Below, piece after piece: positions 13,377-26,774 of a stretch of DNA of 64,000 nt. Source of the stretch: Paraspadella gotoi (Eukaryota > Animalia > Chaetognatha); assembly GCA_051294375.1 (NCBI GenBank), contig CM119271.1, forward strand, positions 12,454,779 to 12,518,778. Direction: 5' to 3'. The first letter of the stretch is position 1. Each line of letters starts with the position of its first letter. Below the pieces are notes generated by a model. It was not told the origin of the DNA. It worked only from the letters and a program-made list of their open reading frames with translations, and did no database searches. The translations under genes were made by a program, and so were the position numbers.

Positions 13377-13802
13377 CTGTGGAAGGAGGGGTAGGGTTGG
13401 GGTGTAGAAGGGAAGAGAAGATTTTTATTATTGTTGTGAATATTGCAAAATTAATTGTTTTACTGTAGTAAATTATGTAAGATGAATAAATTTTGTAAAG
13501 AAAACCATAAAATCACCAATGGAATTCTTTAAGAAATTCCAATGTTTGCCTAAGAAATTATTTTGCTCCCTATATTCAAACGCCGATCGCGAAAAAACTA
13601 AACATAATTTTGAATTCTTTTTTAGTATTGTTTATTTGATAATTTACAAATTACAAATACCCAAGGTGTCTTTTATTTCTTGCTTTATATAAATAAATGC
13701 CACAGTGTGAACATAAAATTTTCCGAATTCGATTCCATTCGCTTTTTTTTTTCTAATTTCGAGAAAATCGATTCATCTCCTTTTGTTCGCCATTTTTAGT
13801 CA

Positions 13803-13964
13803 ATTTTTTGGTCGGTCGGTCGTTGTTGAGACAGGAATAAAACCTCAAATCTAAGCGACTGCTAGCGCAACCTTTCGTTTTTAAAGTCGAAGATACACGA
13901 AAATACGCGGGATAAAGAAAGTCACAGCGGCGCAACACCACATTGGAATTTTCCGTTCTTGTTT
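13803..13964. mobile_element. DINE-1/HINE-like repeat copy
   Basis: (GTCG)n tract and end GTCACAGCGGCGCAACACCACATTGGAATTTTCCGTTCTTGTTT, closely similar to 26220-26262. Confidence 0.5.
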
Positions 13965-14250
13965 AATCTTCGACCACCTCCACCGGGGTGGTCGAAGGTG
14001 GATTAAGGGGGGAAAGAGGCACAGGGGGCAAGGTAGGGTGGCTGAGAAGGTGGAGGTCAGAAGAGGTATGCAGGAAGGATAGTGGAAAGGTAGGATATAA
14101 TTTATATATATTTATTTATATATATTTATTTATATATATTATAAAGATGAAGGTAGAAAAAAATTCATTTAGCAAAAAAAAAAAACGAGTTTAACGATTT
14201 AGGATCTAATTTGTGACGGCGAGTCTCTGGAGATGAACGGAGTTGTGTGT

Positions 14251-14326
<76 letters not shown>

Positions 14327-15340
14327 AGAGAGAGATGGATTAGAGTATGAAAATGAGTGATGAGGGGTCCTAGGGAGAGAGAAGGAGCAGGGGTTAACCT
14401 GGAGGTCGTTTTAGAAAATCAGGCGATGTGGGGCTGGGGTGTGATATAGGGGCTGTGATAGGGGCTGTGATAGGGGCGATTGAGGGTGACTGAAAACCAT
14501 CACGTCTTTGATGGAAAAACGAGACGCATTTGCGAGGCGAGTTCTCTCCCCTTCTCTTTGTGTGAATGGAGGGTGGCTTGAGCTAATTTACCCTGCGGCC
14601 TTTGAAAGGATGGAGACCGAAATGACTTGAGAGAGAGAGAGAGGAGAGGGAGGGAGAGAGAGAGAGAGGAGAGGAGAGAGAGAGAGAGGAGGGAGGGAGA
14701 AAGAGGGGGGAGGGAGGGAGGGAGAAAGAGAAAGAGAGAAAGAAAGAAAGTGAGAAAGAAAGAAAGAATGAAAAAAAAACTCAAAATAAAGAAGAGTCAA
14801 AGTCAACAAAAGCAACAAAAAAAGCAAAAAAGAATCGGCTTTTATTTTTGGAAAGCTTTTTGGGAACAGAAGACCGAACGAGATGCTTTTTTTTAGAGCG
14901 CGTGAGATAGAGTTTTTGGCGATGAACAATAAGGATTCGGATATTATGAGATTCTCATTAATTATGAGGTTCTCATTAATGAATTTATAACGAAAATCAA
15001 GTCTATTATCTATTTAGAATATATGAGCAAAAAGTAATCTAACCTTGTGTTGTATAAATGCTCTATTTTCGGAAGACAAAACTAAAATTGATGGATGAAT
15101 AATTTAAAAGAAAGAGAAACAACATGAATAAAATCTTATATGATGTATAATGCATCCTTTTAACAATCAGTTTACGTCTTATTTTTAGTAGCATTTTCTG
15201 GCAATTATACTATTACAAGTTCTTATCTAACCTATATCCATTAACAAACGGACTTTCCAAGAAAACCTTTCGACTTTTGAGAAAAGAAAAAACTTTTTTT
15301 TTTGAGAATAAAAGTTTTTCTTATCTTCGAAAGAGAGAGA

Positions 15341-15999
15341 TAAGAAAAAAAAAGGAAATGGAAAGAGAGAAAATGGAGGGAGGAGTGAAAATTTTCACTG
15401 GAAATTTGAAAGAGAAGTGGAAAATCAGAAGTGGAAAGAGATGGTAGTAGAAACGGAGGTAGAAGTGAAAAACGGGGATAGAAGTGGAAATCGAGAATAC
15501 AAGATCAAAAATGGGCAAAGAAGAAAAAATCAAAGAACAAGTGGAATACGGGAAGAAAGGAAAATGAAAGAAGAGAAGTGGAAATCGCGAGAAAAAAAAC
15601 AGAAATCGCGAAGAGAGGAAATCGAGGAATAAGTAGAAATGTGTAAATGGTGGAAATCGGGAAAAAAGGTGGAATCGGCGATAGAGTGGAAATGGGGTAA
15701 ATGCGTGGAAATGGTGAAAATTGGGAAAGAATATGGAAATCGGGGAGAGAAGTGGAAATTGGGTAATGGTAGAAATGGTGGAAATTGAGAAAGAGTGGAA
15801 ATCGGGACTAGAAGAGAAAATAAGGGGGGTAGAATGGTTGAAGGTAAACGGTCATGGATTAATTTTTTCTCACGAAAAAGGGGGGAAAATAAGAAATTGA
15901 TTCTGGGTCAAATTTCCATGGGACGAGAGTAAGTGAAGGGTGAGGATCGAGATAAGTTGAAAGACATACCGGATTCTGGGTGAGGAAAAGATGATGATA

Positions 16000-16041
<42 letters not shown>

Positions 16042-16829
16042 TGAGGAGGAGGAGGAGCAGGAGGAGGAGGAGGAGGAAGAGCAGCTCTGAGCGAAACCAG
16101 ATCGCGGCGGAGATGACCGTCGCGCGTTCGCCTGGCTCCAACTTCCGGATGCAGTTGGGGAAGGGGGGAGGGAGGGGGGGGTTGGGAAATGGAAGAGGGA
16201 AAGAGATAAAAAGGAAAAAAAAGGATAAATAAGGAAAAAAGGATGAAAGGGAAAAAAAGATAAAAGGAAAAAAAAGGGAGAAAAGAAAAGGAATAAAAAG
16301 GAAGAAGAATAAGTTGGGATAAACTTTAATGGACGAAAAGTAAAAAATATAGAAAATATATACAAGATAGCCTTATTTATTAAATGAATGGATAATTTTA
16401 TAATTGGTTTGTACCAATTTCATAAAATTCAGGCTTCCTTGTATTTTGATGCTAGTGCGGAGTACAATAAGTATTCCCCGATCTAAATACTTAAGGGAGT
16501 GGTCTTTCATACAATTGAAACATTCTTTGAAATATTATACGCACTTCATTGATAGGAAGCCAGGTACTCTGGGAGTGAATTAAACGAGACTGTGAGAGAG
16601 TCTTGATTGAAAGCTTGCAGGGACCTGCTATGTCATTATCTTGTAAGAGTGATGGAGGCCTTAAAAGTTAAACTTCAAAGTTAAACCACCAAAGCCTGTC
16701 CAAAGTCAGGGGCAAGATAGCTTATTTATTAAATGAATGGATAATTTTTATATTTGGTTTTGTACCCAATTTCATAAAATTAAAATCGAAAGCCGACGGA
16801 CGACCGACGACGACGAAACGATCGACGAC

Positions 16830-16862
<33 letters not shown>

Positions 16863-17557
16863 AACACTGAGGCGGAATATTAAGAATTTTCCTCGATTTT
16901 GGTTCTCGAATTTTATGTCACGGCGTCGCGTCGTCGTCGTCGTCGTCGTCGTCGGTCGTTATCATCGTCGTCCGTCGTCGTCGTTATCATCGTCGTCGTG
17001 TCGTCGTCGTCAGCCGATCTGCGTCAACGTCTGGAGCCACAACGTGTCAAGGGTGACCCGCTCTATGGGTGACGAAAGAGTGTCCACCGTACGAAAAAAA
17101 GAATGTGACTGTTTCTCTAAAAACACTGTGTCTCAATTTTTGTGTGAATTCAATAATTAATTATTTATTTTATTCTATAAATTATTATTAATAATTATCG
17201 TTGTTTTATACTTTTAATTCATTGTTTAATTCGTGCGAATAAAACAATTAGATAAGTGAAATTAATTTTGTTTAAAAAAAAAAGAATGAAGAGTAAATGA
17301 AATAAAAATGAAATAAAAATGAAATAAAAATGAAATAAAAATGGGGTTCAATTCTCGTAAAGCGTTGAGTAACAAAATCTCTTTTTCCACGAAATAAAAA
17401 AGGGAAAAAAATGAGTGAAAAATTTCGATAATTCGATTATTCCGCGCGAATCGAACGACAACGACGCAACAACAACAACAAAGACCGACACGACAACAAT
17501 CGGGGAAATGAAAAAAATATCGTTTTGATTTGAATGTGGGAGAGAGAGAGCAGAGAG

Positions 17558-17637
<80 letters not shown>

Positions 17638-17823
17638 TCCGTAAATGAAGTGAATGTGAAGTGTTTTTCCTTCTCATGAAATCTCAACGGAAAAAGGAGA
17701 TAAAAACTTTCAACCAAATTTTGGAAAGAAAAAAAAAATGTGAAAAAAAAATTATTCTCACGTTCGACAAACAAAAAATTCCTTCGCGCCCAGATCTCAT
17801 CTGCGAAAAATAGCGTAGGCCAA

Positions 17824-17887
<64 letters not shown>

Positions 17888-17893
17888 CTTTCT

Positions 17894-17924
<31 letters not shown>

Positions 17925-20900
17925 TCACAGGGATACATGGTGTACCAGAGTAGAGATGTCATGTCTTGTGTAAGTGAAAATAAGAATGTAAAAAAGAAAA
18001 AGAAAAAAAAAAGAAAAAGAATGAATTGTGAAAAATTGAAGAAAGACATCGAAATGCATATAAAACTGAAATTTCGCAATGCAACGAAACAAAACGGAAA
18101 TATTCAAAATGTAACTTCTTAGCCTGCGTTCGACGCGCAACGATCGGAAATTACGTCTTTTATTCTTTAGACTTTTAGGATTTCCTGAAGGCGGCGCTAG
18201 CAGTCACTTGGATTTTGATTTTTTCTGTCTTAAACAAATTTTTTAACGAAAGTGGGACTAGAGCAGACGGGACAGACAAACTGACAGACCGAAAAGTGGA
18301 CTAGCGAGTACTCGCGGCGCAACTAAAAAGAGGCAGAATAGCAACCGGAATGAGATTATCGTTTCTCGCGAACGAAAATTGTTGAATTCGATTTGATACG
18401 AGAATCGATTCGCATCAAAAGAACAGAAGACATTTTGGATGGAGGCCACTGATCACGACGACGATTACGATACTGAAGTAGATGACGATGACGATGATGA
18501 CACGATAATAACGACGACGAACGGCATTAACGACATCGAATACGAAGATATTGACGAAGATGACAGATACAAGAAGACAAAGACGATGCCAAAGAAAAAG
18601 AAAAAACGATGACAGTGACGACAAAAAAAGAAGAGAATAACGAACAAAAATGACAATGATGACGAACACGAAAAACGACGACGACGACGACGTGGAACGA
18701 AAAGAGGAACATAATCGATTCTCCTCCCGCCTCGTTTTCACTCTCTTCTCCTTTTCAACGTTTCTTCACATTGGACGAGGGATTCACAGGGTCACGTGAC
18801 TTTTCCGTATCGCTTTTCCTGCGCTTCTAATCACAAAAACTTCTTTCTTTTTTTTTTCTCTTCTTATTTTTTCTTTCTTTTTGTCATCGTGACTGTTCGA
18901 AGGTTCTATTTTTTTGGAGAATGAATAGGATTCGAAAATGAGAGGTTTTTAGAAAAATGGGCTGAGGTAATTAGTTAGGGATAAGATTATGGATTAGGTT
19001 ATGGATTAAGGGTTAAGGATTAGAAATTAGTTATTTGAAAGGGAGAGCTTTGGGAAAGAGAGCCATGGGTTAGAGTTTTGAGAATCGGTTATGGATTAAA
19101 GATTAAAGATTAGAGATTAGAGATTAGAGATTAAACCTTTTGGAAAAGTCATGACAATTTGTTTGTAGCCTTTCGTTTAAACTAAATTATGTTAATGTCT
19201 TCTGCGATTCACTGTGAGATTCACTCGTTTAGTCACTCTAATCTTTGTTTATAGTTTAAGGATCAACTGAAGATGTCTCACTGATTTAAAATACTTTGAT
19301 TGTTTACCTGTGATTGATAACCGGCTGATTTCATTCCCCGTGGTGTTTTAAATCTCATGTATCTGATTAAATAAAAATAATTATTCAATTAAACACAAAT
19401 CGTTTTTATTATTGCCAAATGTTAATAAATACATTGACTCAAAAAAAGAGCATCTCATCCTCCCTGTGGTTCATCCTCTGAGATATCAACTTCTCAAATC
19501 TCCTAACCTAGTACTGAGCTAGCTCCAGTTGTCAAGCCTTCTTCAATAATGCTGTGGCTTTAATACGAGACTTTGCACACTCGTGAGATTTACTTGCATA
19601 TTCGAGAAAGTCCGATAATAATTCAGGTCGAAGTGAGACAAAATGAAAAAATAACAAATAAAAAAGAAAAAAAAAGATAAAGAAAAGAAACAAAAAAAAT
19701 TGATAAAATCAACAGAAAAACAATATTAACCGATATAAAAAAACGGATAACGCATAAAAAAAAACACATAACAAAAAACATAGGAACGGTAATTTCCACG
19801 GTGTTTGTACCGCTCAGACAAACAGACAGAATAAAAAAATAAATTTACAACCCAGATAAACAAAAAAAATGGATAATATAGTACAAACAAGATGATTGAG
19901 AAATGGACGACTGAGATTAATGTACTGACAGGAAAAATTGGACACATTAATTCAACAATGAACAGAAAAACAGATGTTTTTTTTATTTATTAGAATTTTT
20001 ATTTCATTGACAATCAACATTTACTACGTGTTTATTTAATTTATTATATATTATCGATATTTAATATTAATTATCATTATTTATTATTTTATAATTATTC
20101 GCCAATGAAGACAGACAGGCAGATAAATAATCAAACGGACTGACAAACGCAAAGCAAAGATACCCTGGAAGGAGGGACCGACCAACGAACAAAAAAACCC
20201 GAGCTAAATAGCGTCGCTCGGCGAGTACTCGCGACGGCGCGATGCGTAACAAAGAAAGGGATAACTTACCTCGGCCCGCAATGTTTTCTTCCCCTCTGAA
20301 GACGAGTCGAGTTGAGTTGCGTCCGGGTGGCGACGGTGGATGATGTGAGGGACATAGCACGTTGACGTCTGATGGAGAGGGTGCCTGGGGGTTTCGGGGA
20401 GGGTTTGGGGTGTTGACGGGAAGTTTGGGGGGGTGTTGAAGGAGGCGTTGGGGTGATGGAGGAGGGGAAATCGAGTGGGGAGATGATATGAAGTGGGTTT
20501 TTAATTTGGAGGAATTGGTGGTACATGGCGGGGGGAGAGAGAGAGAGGGAGGGAGGGATGAGAAAAAGAGGGAAGGGATGGAGAGAGGAGAGGGAAGGAG
20601 GGAGAGAAGAGAGAGGGAGAAGAGGGAGGGAGTGAGAAGGGAGGGAGCGAGAGGGAGAGAGAGAGAATAGAGAGAGAGAGAGAGAGAAGAGAGAGAAAAG
20701 TTGTAGATAAATAATAAATAACCAACCGAAAACTAAAAATACCCTGACCAGTGACCACACACCACCAACCACCCTACAAACAACCAACCACAATAAACTT
20801 ATGACGAACACCAACCACTAAACGCCCCCGAACACAGACCCCGAGAGTCTTTCGAACCCTCCATCCTCGTCTCACCGGTGCAAGGGAGAGAATAATCTGA

Positions 20901-22591
20901 AGATTTGATCGAAGGCTGGAACTCGTCCTTCCAGACTCACGTTGAGTAAACGCGCGCGTCATCGCCGCTTTGTTATCCCAATCCAATATGATGATGGCGT
21001 AGTGGAGATCTGGAAGTAAAGAGGGTCGGTGATGGAAGGGAGCGGGGGGCCTTAATTTTCCAAGACGACCCCGTTTTTATCTGTAAATGTTCAGGATAAA
21101 GTTAATTTTTTTTTATAGACAAAAGATTTGGTTAGAAAGTTAGGGTTACGGGATTAGATTAGGAATTAGGTAAGATTTAGATTAGATTAACGATAGGTTT
21201 AAGGATTAGATTAGGGATTAGGTTAGATTAGAATTTTAGGTTAGGTGAAGTAACGTTTAGGGTTAAAGGTTTTCTTTCAAAAATTAGGGATAAGAGGGAA
21301 AGGTTCAGCAAGGGAACAAGGGTACATAAACGAAAGGGGGAGAAGGAAAAGGTTCGTGGACCACGAGACCGTGAGAAGAGAAGTTTCAGCCGATCTCGGG
21401 GGGACGAGGGGAGGAAGGAGAGAGGCGTTGACAGGGGAGAAGAAGAAGACCCCGCAGAAGATAAAGTCCCCGGCGGTTTAGGGGGAGCCACTATCCTGGT
21501 AACAATTTCATTCCCACAACCTTTACGATAACCTTCAACTCACCGGCTGTCTTTCTCTCGCGTTTCTCCCAGTTGAAGAAGATGTGTTTATACTCGCGAC
21601 TGGAATCGGGAGATTAAAGCTCAGCGCGTAAATTGTTGATTTCCCCGTCTTGGAGTAGTAGAGTTCAGCAATGCTAGGCCTGATGGAAGGAGGGGTAGGG
21701 TTGGGGTGTAGAGGGAAGAGAAGATTTTTTATTATTGTTGTGAATATTGCAAAATTACATTGTTTTACTGTAGTAAATTAATGTAAGATGAATAAATTTT
21801 GTATAAGAAAAACCATAAAATCACCAATGGAATATCTTTAAGAAATTCCAATGTTTGCCTAAGGAAAAAAAAAATTTATTTTTTTGCTGCCCTAATATTC
21901 AAACGCCGATCGCGAAAAAAATAAACATAAATTTTGAATTCTTTTTTTAGTATTGTTTATTTTGATAATTTACAAATTACAAATAACCCAAGGTGTCTTT
22001 TTATTTCTTGCTTTATATAAATATAAATGCCACAGTGTGAACATAAAATTTTCCGAAATTCGATTCCATTCGCTTTTTTTTTTTCTAAATTTCGAGAAAA
22101 ATCGATTCATCTCCATTTGTTCGCCATTTTTAGTCAATTTTTTGGTCGGTTCGTCGTTGGTAGAGACAGGAATAAAACCTCAAATCTAAGCGACTGCTAG
22201 CGCAACCTTTCTGTTTTTAAAGTCGAAGATACACGAAAATACGCGGGATAAAGAAAGTCACAGCGGCGCAACACCACATTGGAATTTTCCGTTCTTGTTT
22301 AATCTTCGACCACCTCCACCGGGGGTGGTCGAGGTGGATTAAGGGGGGAAAGAGGCTACAGGGGGCAAGGTAGGTGGCTGAGAAGGTGGAGGTTAGAAGA
22401 GGTATGCAGGAAGGATAGGTGGAAAAGGTAGGATATAATTTATATATATTTAATTTATATATATTTATTTATATTATTAATAAAGATGAAGGTAGAAAAA
22501 AATTCATTTAGCAAAAAAAAAAACGAGTTTAACGATTTAGGATCTAATTTGTGACGGCGAGTCTCTGGAGATGAACGGAGTTTGTGTGAGA

Positions 22592-22677
<86 letters not shown>

Positions 22678-22991
22678 ATGGGATTAGAGTTATGAAAATG
22701 AGTGATGAGGGGTCCTAGGGAGAGGAAGGAGCAGGGGTTAAACCTGGAGGTCGTTTTAAGAAATCAGGCGATGTGGGGCTGGGGTGTGAATAGGGGCTGT
22801 GATAGGGGGCTGTGATAGGGGGCGATTGAGGGTGACTGAAAACCATCACGTCTTTGATGGGAAAACCGGAGACATTTGCGAGGCGAGTTCTCTCCCCTTC
22901 TCTTTGTGTGAAGGAGGTGGCTTGAGCTAATTTACCTGCGGCCTTTGAAAGGATGGAGACCGAAATGACTTGAGAGAGAGAGAGAGGGAGG

Positions 22992-23031
<40 letters not shown>

Positions 23032-23680
23032 GGAGGGAAAAGAGGGGGGAGGGAGGGGGGGAAAGAGAAAGAGAGAAAGAAAGAAAGTGAGAAAGAAAGA
23101 AAGAATGAAAAAAAAACTCAAAATAAAGAAGAGTCAAAGTCAACAAAAGCAACAAAAAAGCAAAAAAGAATCGGCTTTTAATTTTTGGAAAGCTTTTTGG
23201 AACAGAAGACCGACGAGATGCTTTTTTTTAGAGCGCGTGAGATAGAGTTTTTGGCGATGAACAATAAGGATTCGGATATTATGAGATTCTCATTAATTAT
23301 GAGGTTCCTCATTAATGAATTTATAACGAAAATCAAGTCTATTATCTATTTAGAATATATGAGCAAAAAGTAATCTAACCTTGTGTTGTATAAATGCTCT
23401 ATTTTCGAAGACAAAACTAAAAATTGATGGATGAATAATTTAAAAGAAAGAGAAACAACATGAATAAAATCTTTATATGATGTATAATGCATCCTTTTAA
23501 GCAATCAGTTTACGTCTTATTTTTAGTAGCATTTTCTGGCAATTATACTATTACAAGTTCTATCTAACCTATATCCATTAACAAACGGACTTTCCAAGAA
23601 AAACCTTTCGACTTTTGAGAAAAGAAAAAACTTTTTTTTTTTTGAGAATAAAAGTTTTTCTTATCTTCGAAAGAGAGAGA
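15341..23680 (+). repeat. Tandem direct duplication (~8.2 kb) of 7217-15340; indel-rich, probable assembly artefact
   Basis: Colinear copy with scattered 1-nt indels, ending about 130 bp before a 25-N gap. Confidence 0.9.
20270..21679 (-). pseudogene. Frameshifted duplicate of the three RYK WIF exons (20270-20384, 20876-21009, 21544-21679); probably artefactual
   Basis: Same exons as 12048-13376 with multiple indels. Confidence 0.7.
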
Positions 23681-23719
23681 GACTTCAACTCCAATCCAGG
23701 ATAATGGCATTTTAAGCGT

Positions 23720-23812
<93 letters not shown>

Positions 23813-24683
23813 NNNNNNNNNNNNNNNNNNNNNNNNNGAGAGAGAGTGGAATCTCAGTTCCATTATGTCAGCCAGAAACGTTGGACATTTCTCTCAGGGT
23901 CGGACGTTTAATCAAGGAAAGAGATTTTTTAAGTCGCGACGAGAAACCACAAAGGAATTTGTTTTTCTCGGTCGGTCAGTCTGTCTGTCTAATCTAATCA
24001 TATTTTAGTCATTAGTGATAAAAGCGCAAAACAATGACTAATTTAGCCACTATTATCGTGACCAGTTTTAATTTAACATATTTCAATCATGGCAATTAGT
24101 TAATTCGCCTAACATATTCCAAGCAAAAGAGAAGCAGAACAGAGAAAAATGAAAAATATAAAAGCTTAATAAAAATCCAAAAAAAAGCAAAGGAGGAAAA
24201 AAATCGTTTTCAGCAAAACTCGCGACCAAAAAACAAAAAAAAAGATTGAAAGTCACTCATTTAAACTTTTGAAATTAACCATGAAATGACGAATGCCAAC
24301 TTTTTATGTATTATTTTTATATGTTCAATTTTTTTATTTCGTTTTTACACTTATAAATTCATAAAATCACATTACAAAAGATCTTGAAACTCAAAAAGAT
24401 GGAATCAAATGAAACCGGATGGAATCGGAGCATAGACTCGGGGAGAAATAACCGAAAATGGTATCGAGCTCTCTGATTGGTCAAGAGCCAGATGGAACCG
24501 GCCAATAAGCGTAAATTTTATCTACGTCTCTGATCCACTAGTCTTGTATAAATTGCATTGGTTTTTGTACTTGATCATTCTGTCCAAAAATTGACGCCGT
24601 CTTCTTGTCTATTTTCTCTAAATAAATTCCACTTTGGTTTCATGCTGAAATCTCTGTCNNNNNNNNNNNNNNNNNNNNNNNNN

Positions 24684-25488
24684 GTTGAAGGTGAAGAGAG
24701 AGAGGGAGAGAGAGATGTGACATGTCATCCTCCCTGTATTTCTCCTCCTTCTCTCCCTCCCCCCCCCAAGCGCCACGCCCCCCACGAGAGAGAGGCTCTC
24801 GCTTCCTTCGCCCTCGAGCGGCTCGTCGAGACGGACTTCGTTCTCGTCCGTCGATTATGAAGGCGACCGTCCGACCGTCATAGTTCATCCCAACTTTAAC
24901 CCGGACTGAGGATTTGCTGCTAAAGACGATAACGACAACAATAATTACAGTTTTTTTTTTCTCTCTTTTTTTTCGTTCGCCGTAAAATAGTCCCGATCCG
25001 TGTAATGATTAAATATATAAATAAATATTTAAAAAAAAGATTATATATATTTGTTTTTTACGTTTTTATCGATTTTTTAGTCGTAGAATTTTTTTTTTTT
25101 TTTTTGAATGGATATGATCGTTTAAGTGAGAAATTTTTTTAAATATTTATTTATATATTTAATCATTACACGGATCGGGACTATTTTACGGCGAACGAAA
25201 AAAAAGAGAGAAAAAAAAAACTGTAATTATTGTTGTCGTTATCGTCTTTAGCAGCAAATCCTCAGTCCGGGTTAAAGTTGGGATGAACTACGACGGTCGG
25301 ACGGTCGCCTTCATAATCGACGACGAGAACGAAGTCCGTCTCGACGAGCCGCTCGAGGGCGAAGGAAGCGAGAGCCTCTCTCTCGTGGGGGGCGTGGCGC
25401 TTGGGGGGGGGGGAGGGAGAGAAGGAGGAGAAATACAGGGAGGATGACATGTCACATCTCTCTCTCCCTCTCTCTCTTCACCTTCAAC
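24684..25488. repeat. Long inverted repeat: arms 24684-25038 and 25134-25488, spacer ~95 nt
   Basis: Arms are near-perfect reverse complements. The left arm holds an antisense, frameshifted copy of the terminal exon at 25262-25399 and starts exactly at a 25-N gap. Confidence 0.9.
25262..25399 (-). CDS. Terminal exon of PGAM5-like/MCM6-WH gene: RHAPHEREALASFALERLVETDFVLVVDYEGDRPTVVVHPNFNPD*
   Basis: AAG acceptor after a pyrimidine tract, TGA stop. RLVETDFVLV...PTVVVHPNF parallels the MCM6 C-terminus RLTHYDHVLI...PYLVVNPNY. Confidence 0.75.
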   Translation of the reverse strand, partial: RHAPHEREALASFALERLVETDFVLVVDYEGDRPTVVVHPNFNPD

Positions 25489-25554
25489 AACTCCTTTTGA
25501 CGACAGACCCAATTCAAGAGATCAGAATAACCCGTCACTTCGGATTTTCTCGAT
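25482..25554 (-). CDS. Exon of MCM6-like winged-helix domain: (R)SRKSEVTGYSDLLNWVCRQKELLK
   Basis: TAG acceptor and GTGAAG donor, phase 2 to 0, consistent with both neighbours. SDLLNW parallels MCM6 SELVNW. Confidence 0.7.
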
Positions 25555-25912
25555 CTACTCCAAGTTTAAAAAAAATTAGAAATCATTTGTTTGCAAATTT
25601 GCTCCCACCAAGTTACTTTCCCCCCCCCCGCTCCTCCGAACTAGAAATTCAAATTCCCCACTACTATATCCATGACTCCTTTAAACCACAAACCCGCTCC
25701 CCCTTCAACCAACAAACTTATATTCACCCACATCTCACACTTTCACGCGCTTCTCACAGACCCTCACAGACCCAGCCTTCTATTCTCTCCGACGCTCGCA
25801 CAGACACACCCTTGCCTCCCCCCCCCACGCCCTCGCCCTCACTACCATCGCTCACAGAGCCTCACAGAGTCTCACCCCCTTCAGTGAAAAGCCTTCACCT
25901 CACGGACCCGAC

Positions 25913-26001
25913 CTGATATATTCCACGACCGCGTAGGCGCACTCCCGATATTCGCTGAATTGAATCTTCGTCCAACTCATTCGCGGACGCGCCTCAACTT
26001 T
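25913..26001 (-). CDS. Exon starting the MCM6-like winged-helix domain: KVEARPRMSWTKIQFSEYRECAYAVVEYI(R)
   Basis: CAG and GT sites, phase 0 to 2. KIQFSEYRECAYAVVEYIR parallels MCM6 RLGFSEYCRISNLIVLHLR. Confidence 0.7.
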
Positions 26002-26029
26002 CTGGGTTCAATTGGGGTTTTTTTTTTTA

Positions 26030-26262
26030 TTTTCTCGGTCGGTCGGTCTGTCGGTCGGTATGTCTGTCCGTCGCTCTGTCCCACTTACGTTGAAAATGCT
26101 CATAACTCGCCTATAGTTGGTTGCTCATTTGTTAAGACAAGAAGTAAGTGACTGCTTGCGCCGCCTTCAGGAAATCATAAAATTATAAGATATAAAAGAT
26201 ATAAAAGATGGGCAAAGAGAGTCACTGCGGCGCAACACAATTGAATTTCCGTTCTTGTTTTT
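26030..26262. mobile_element. DINE-1/HINE-like repeat copy (intronic)
   Basis: Reverse-complement homologue of 9903-10136 (AAGTGACTGCTTGCGCCGCCTTCAGGAAATC, (GTCG/GTCT)n tract, TTCCGTTCTTGTTT end). Confidence 0.55.
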
Positions 26263-26690
26263 TGTTCTGTTTTATTTTTCTTTTATGTTTTGTTTTGTTT
26301 AGATTTCTATTTTGATTTTGTTATTTTTTTGTTATTTATTGTGTTTAGTTTTGTTTTGTTTATCTTTTTTGTTTATTATTGGGATTGTTATTTTTTTTAG
26401 TTTTTTTGGTGGTAAAACAATGAGACGCATATGGGCTTTCTCCTTCTGTCCGTCTATTTGTCCAGCAGTCAAACAGTCAAACAGTCTCGTTGTTTGATTT
26501 GTCTAAAAATATCTAGGTTTATCTGTTAGTGCTTTGATCCGTCGGTCTGTCTCTCCGTCTGTCTTTCTGATAAATATCCGTCAATATGTCCATATGTTCG
26601 ACTTTCTGCCTGTCTCTCCTTATATCTGTCCGTACGTCTACCGATCCGTCTGTCTTTTTGATCTGTCTCTCTTGTCCGTCTGTCCGGAAC

Positions 26691-26774
26691 CTGATTGATG
26701 TTGAAATCGTCAGCGAAGGATTTTTTCTTCCACATCAAAGACTCGAACTTCCCCAGCGTCGGAACGAAGTCTTC
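26691..26774 (-). CDS. Linker exon: EDFVPTLGKFESLMWKKKSFADDFNINQ
   Basis: cctttcgtctccag acceptor, GT donor, 84 nt, phase 0 to 0, joining the PGAM5-like and winged-helix parts. Confidence 0.65.

Noticed and set aside
14592-14625. Small minus-strand exon candidate upstream of the RYK WIF exons
   Set aside because: It does not resemble the expected signal peptide or WIF N-terminal strand, and its phase differs between the two assembled copies.
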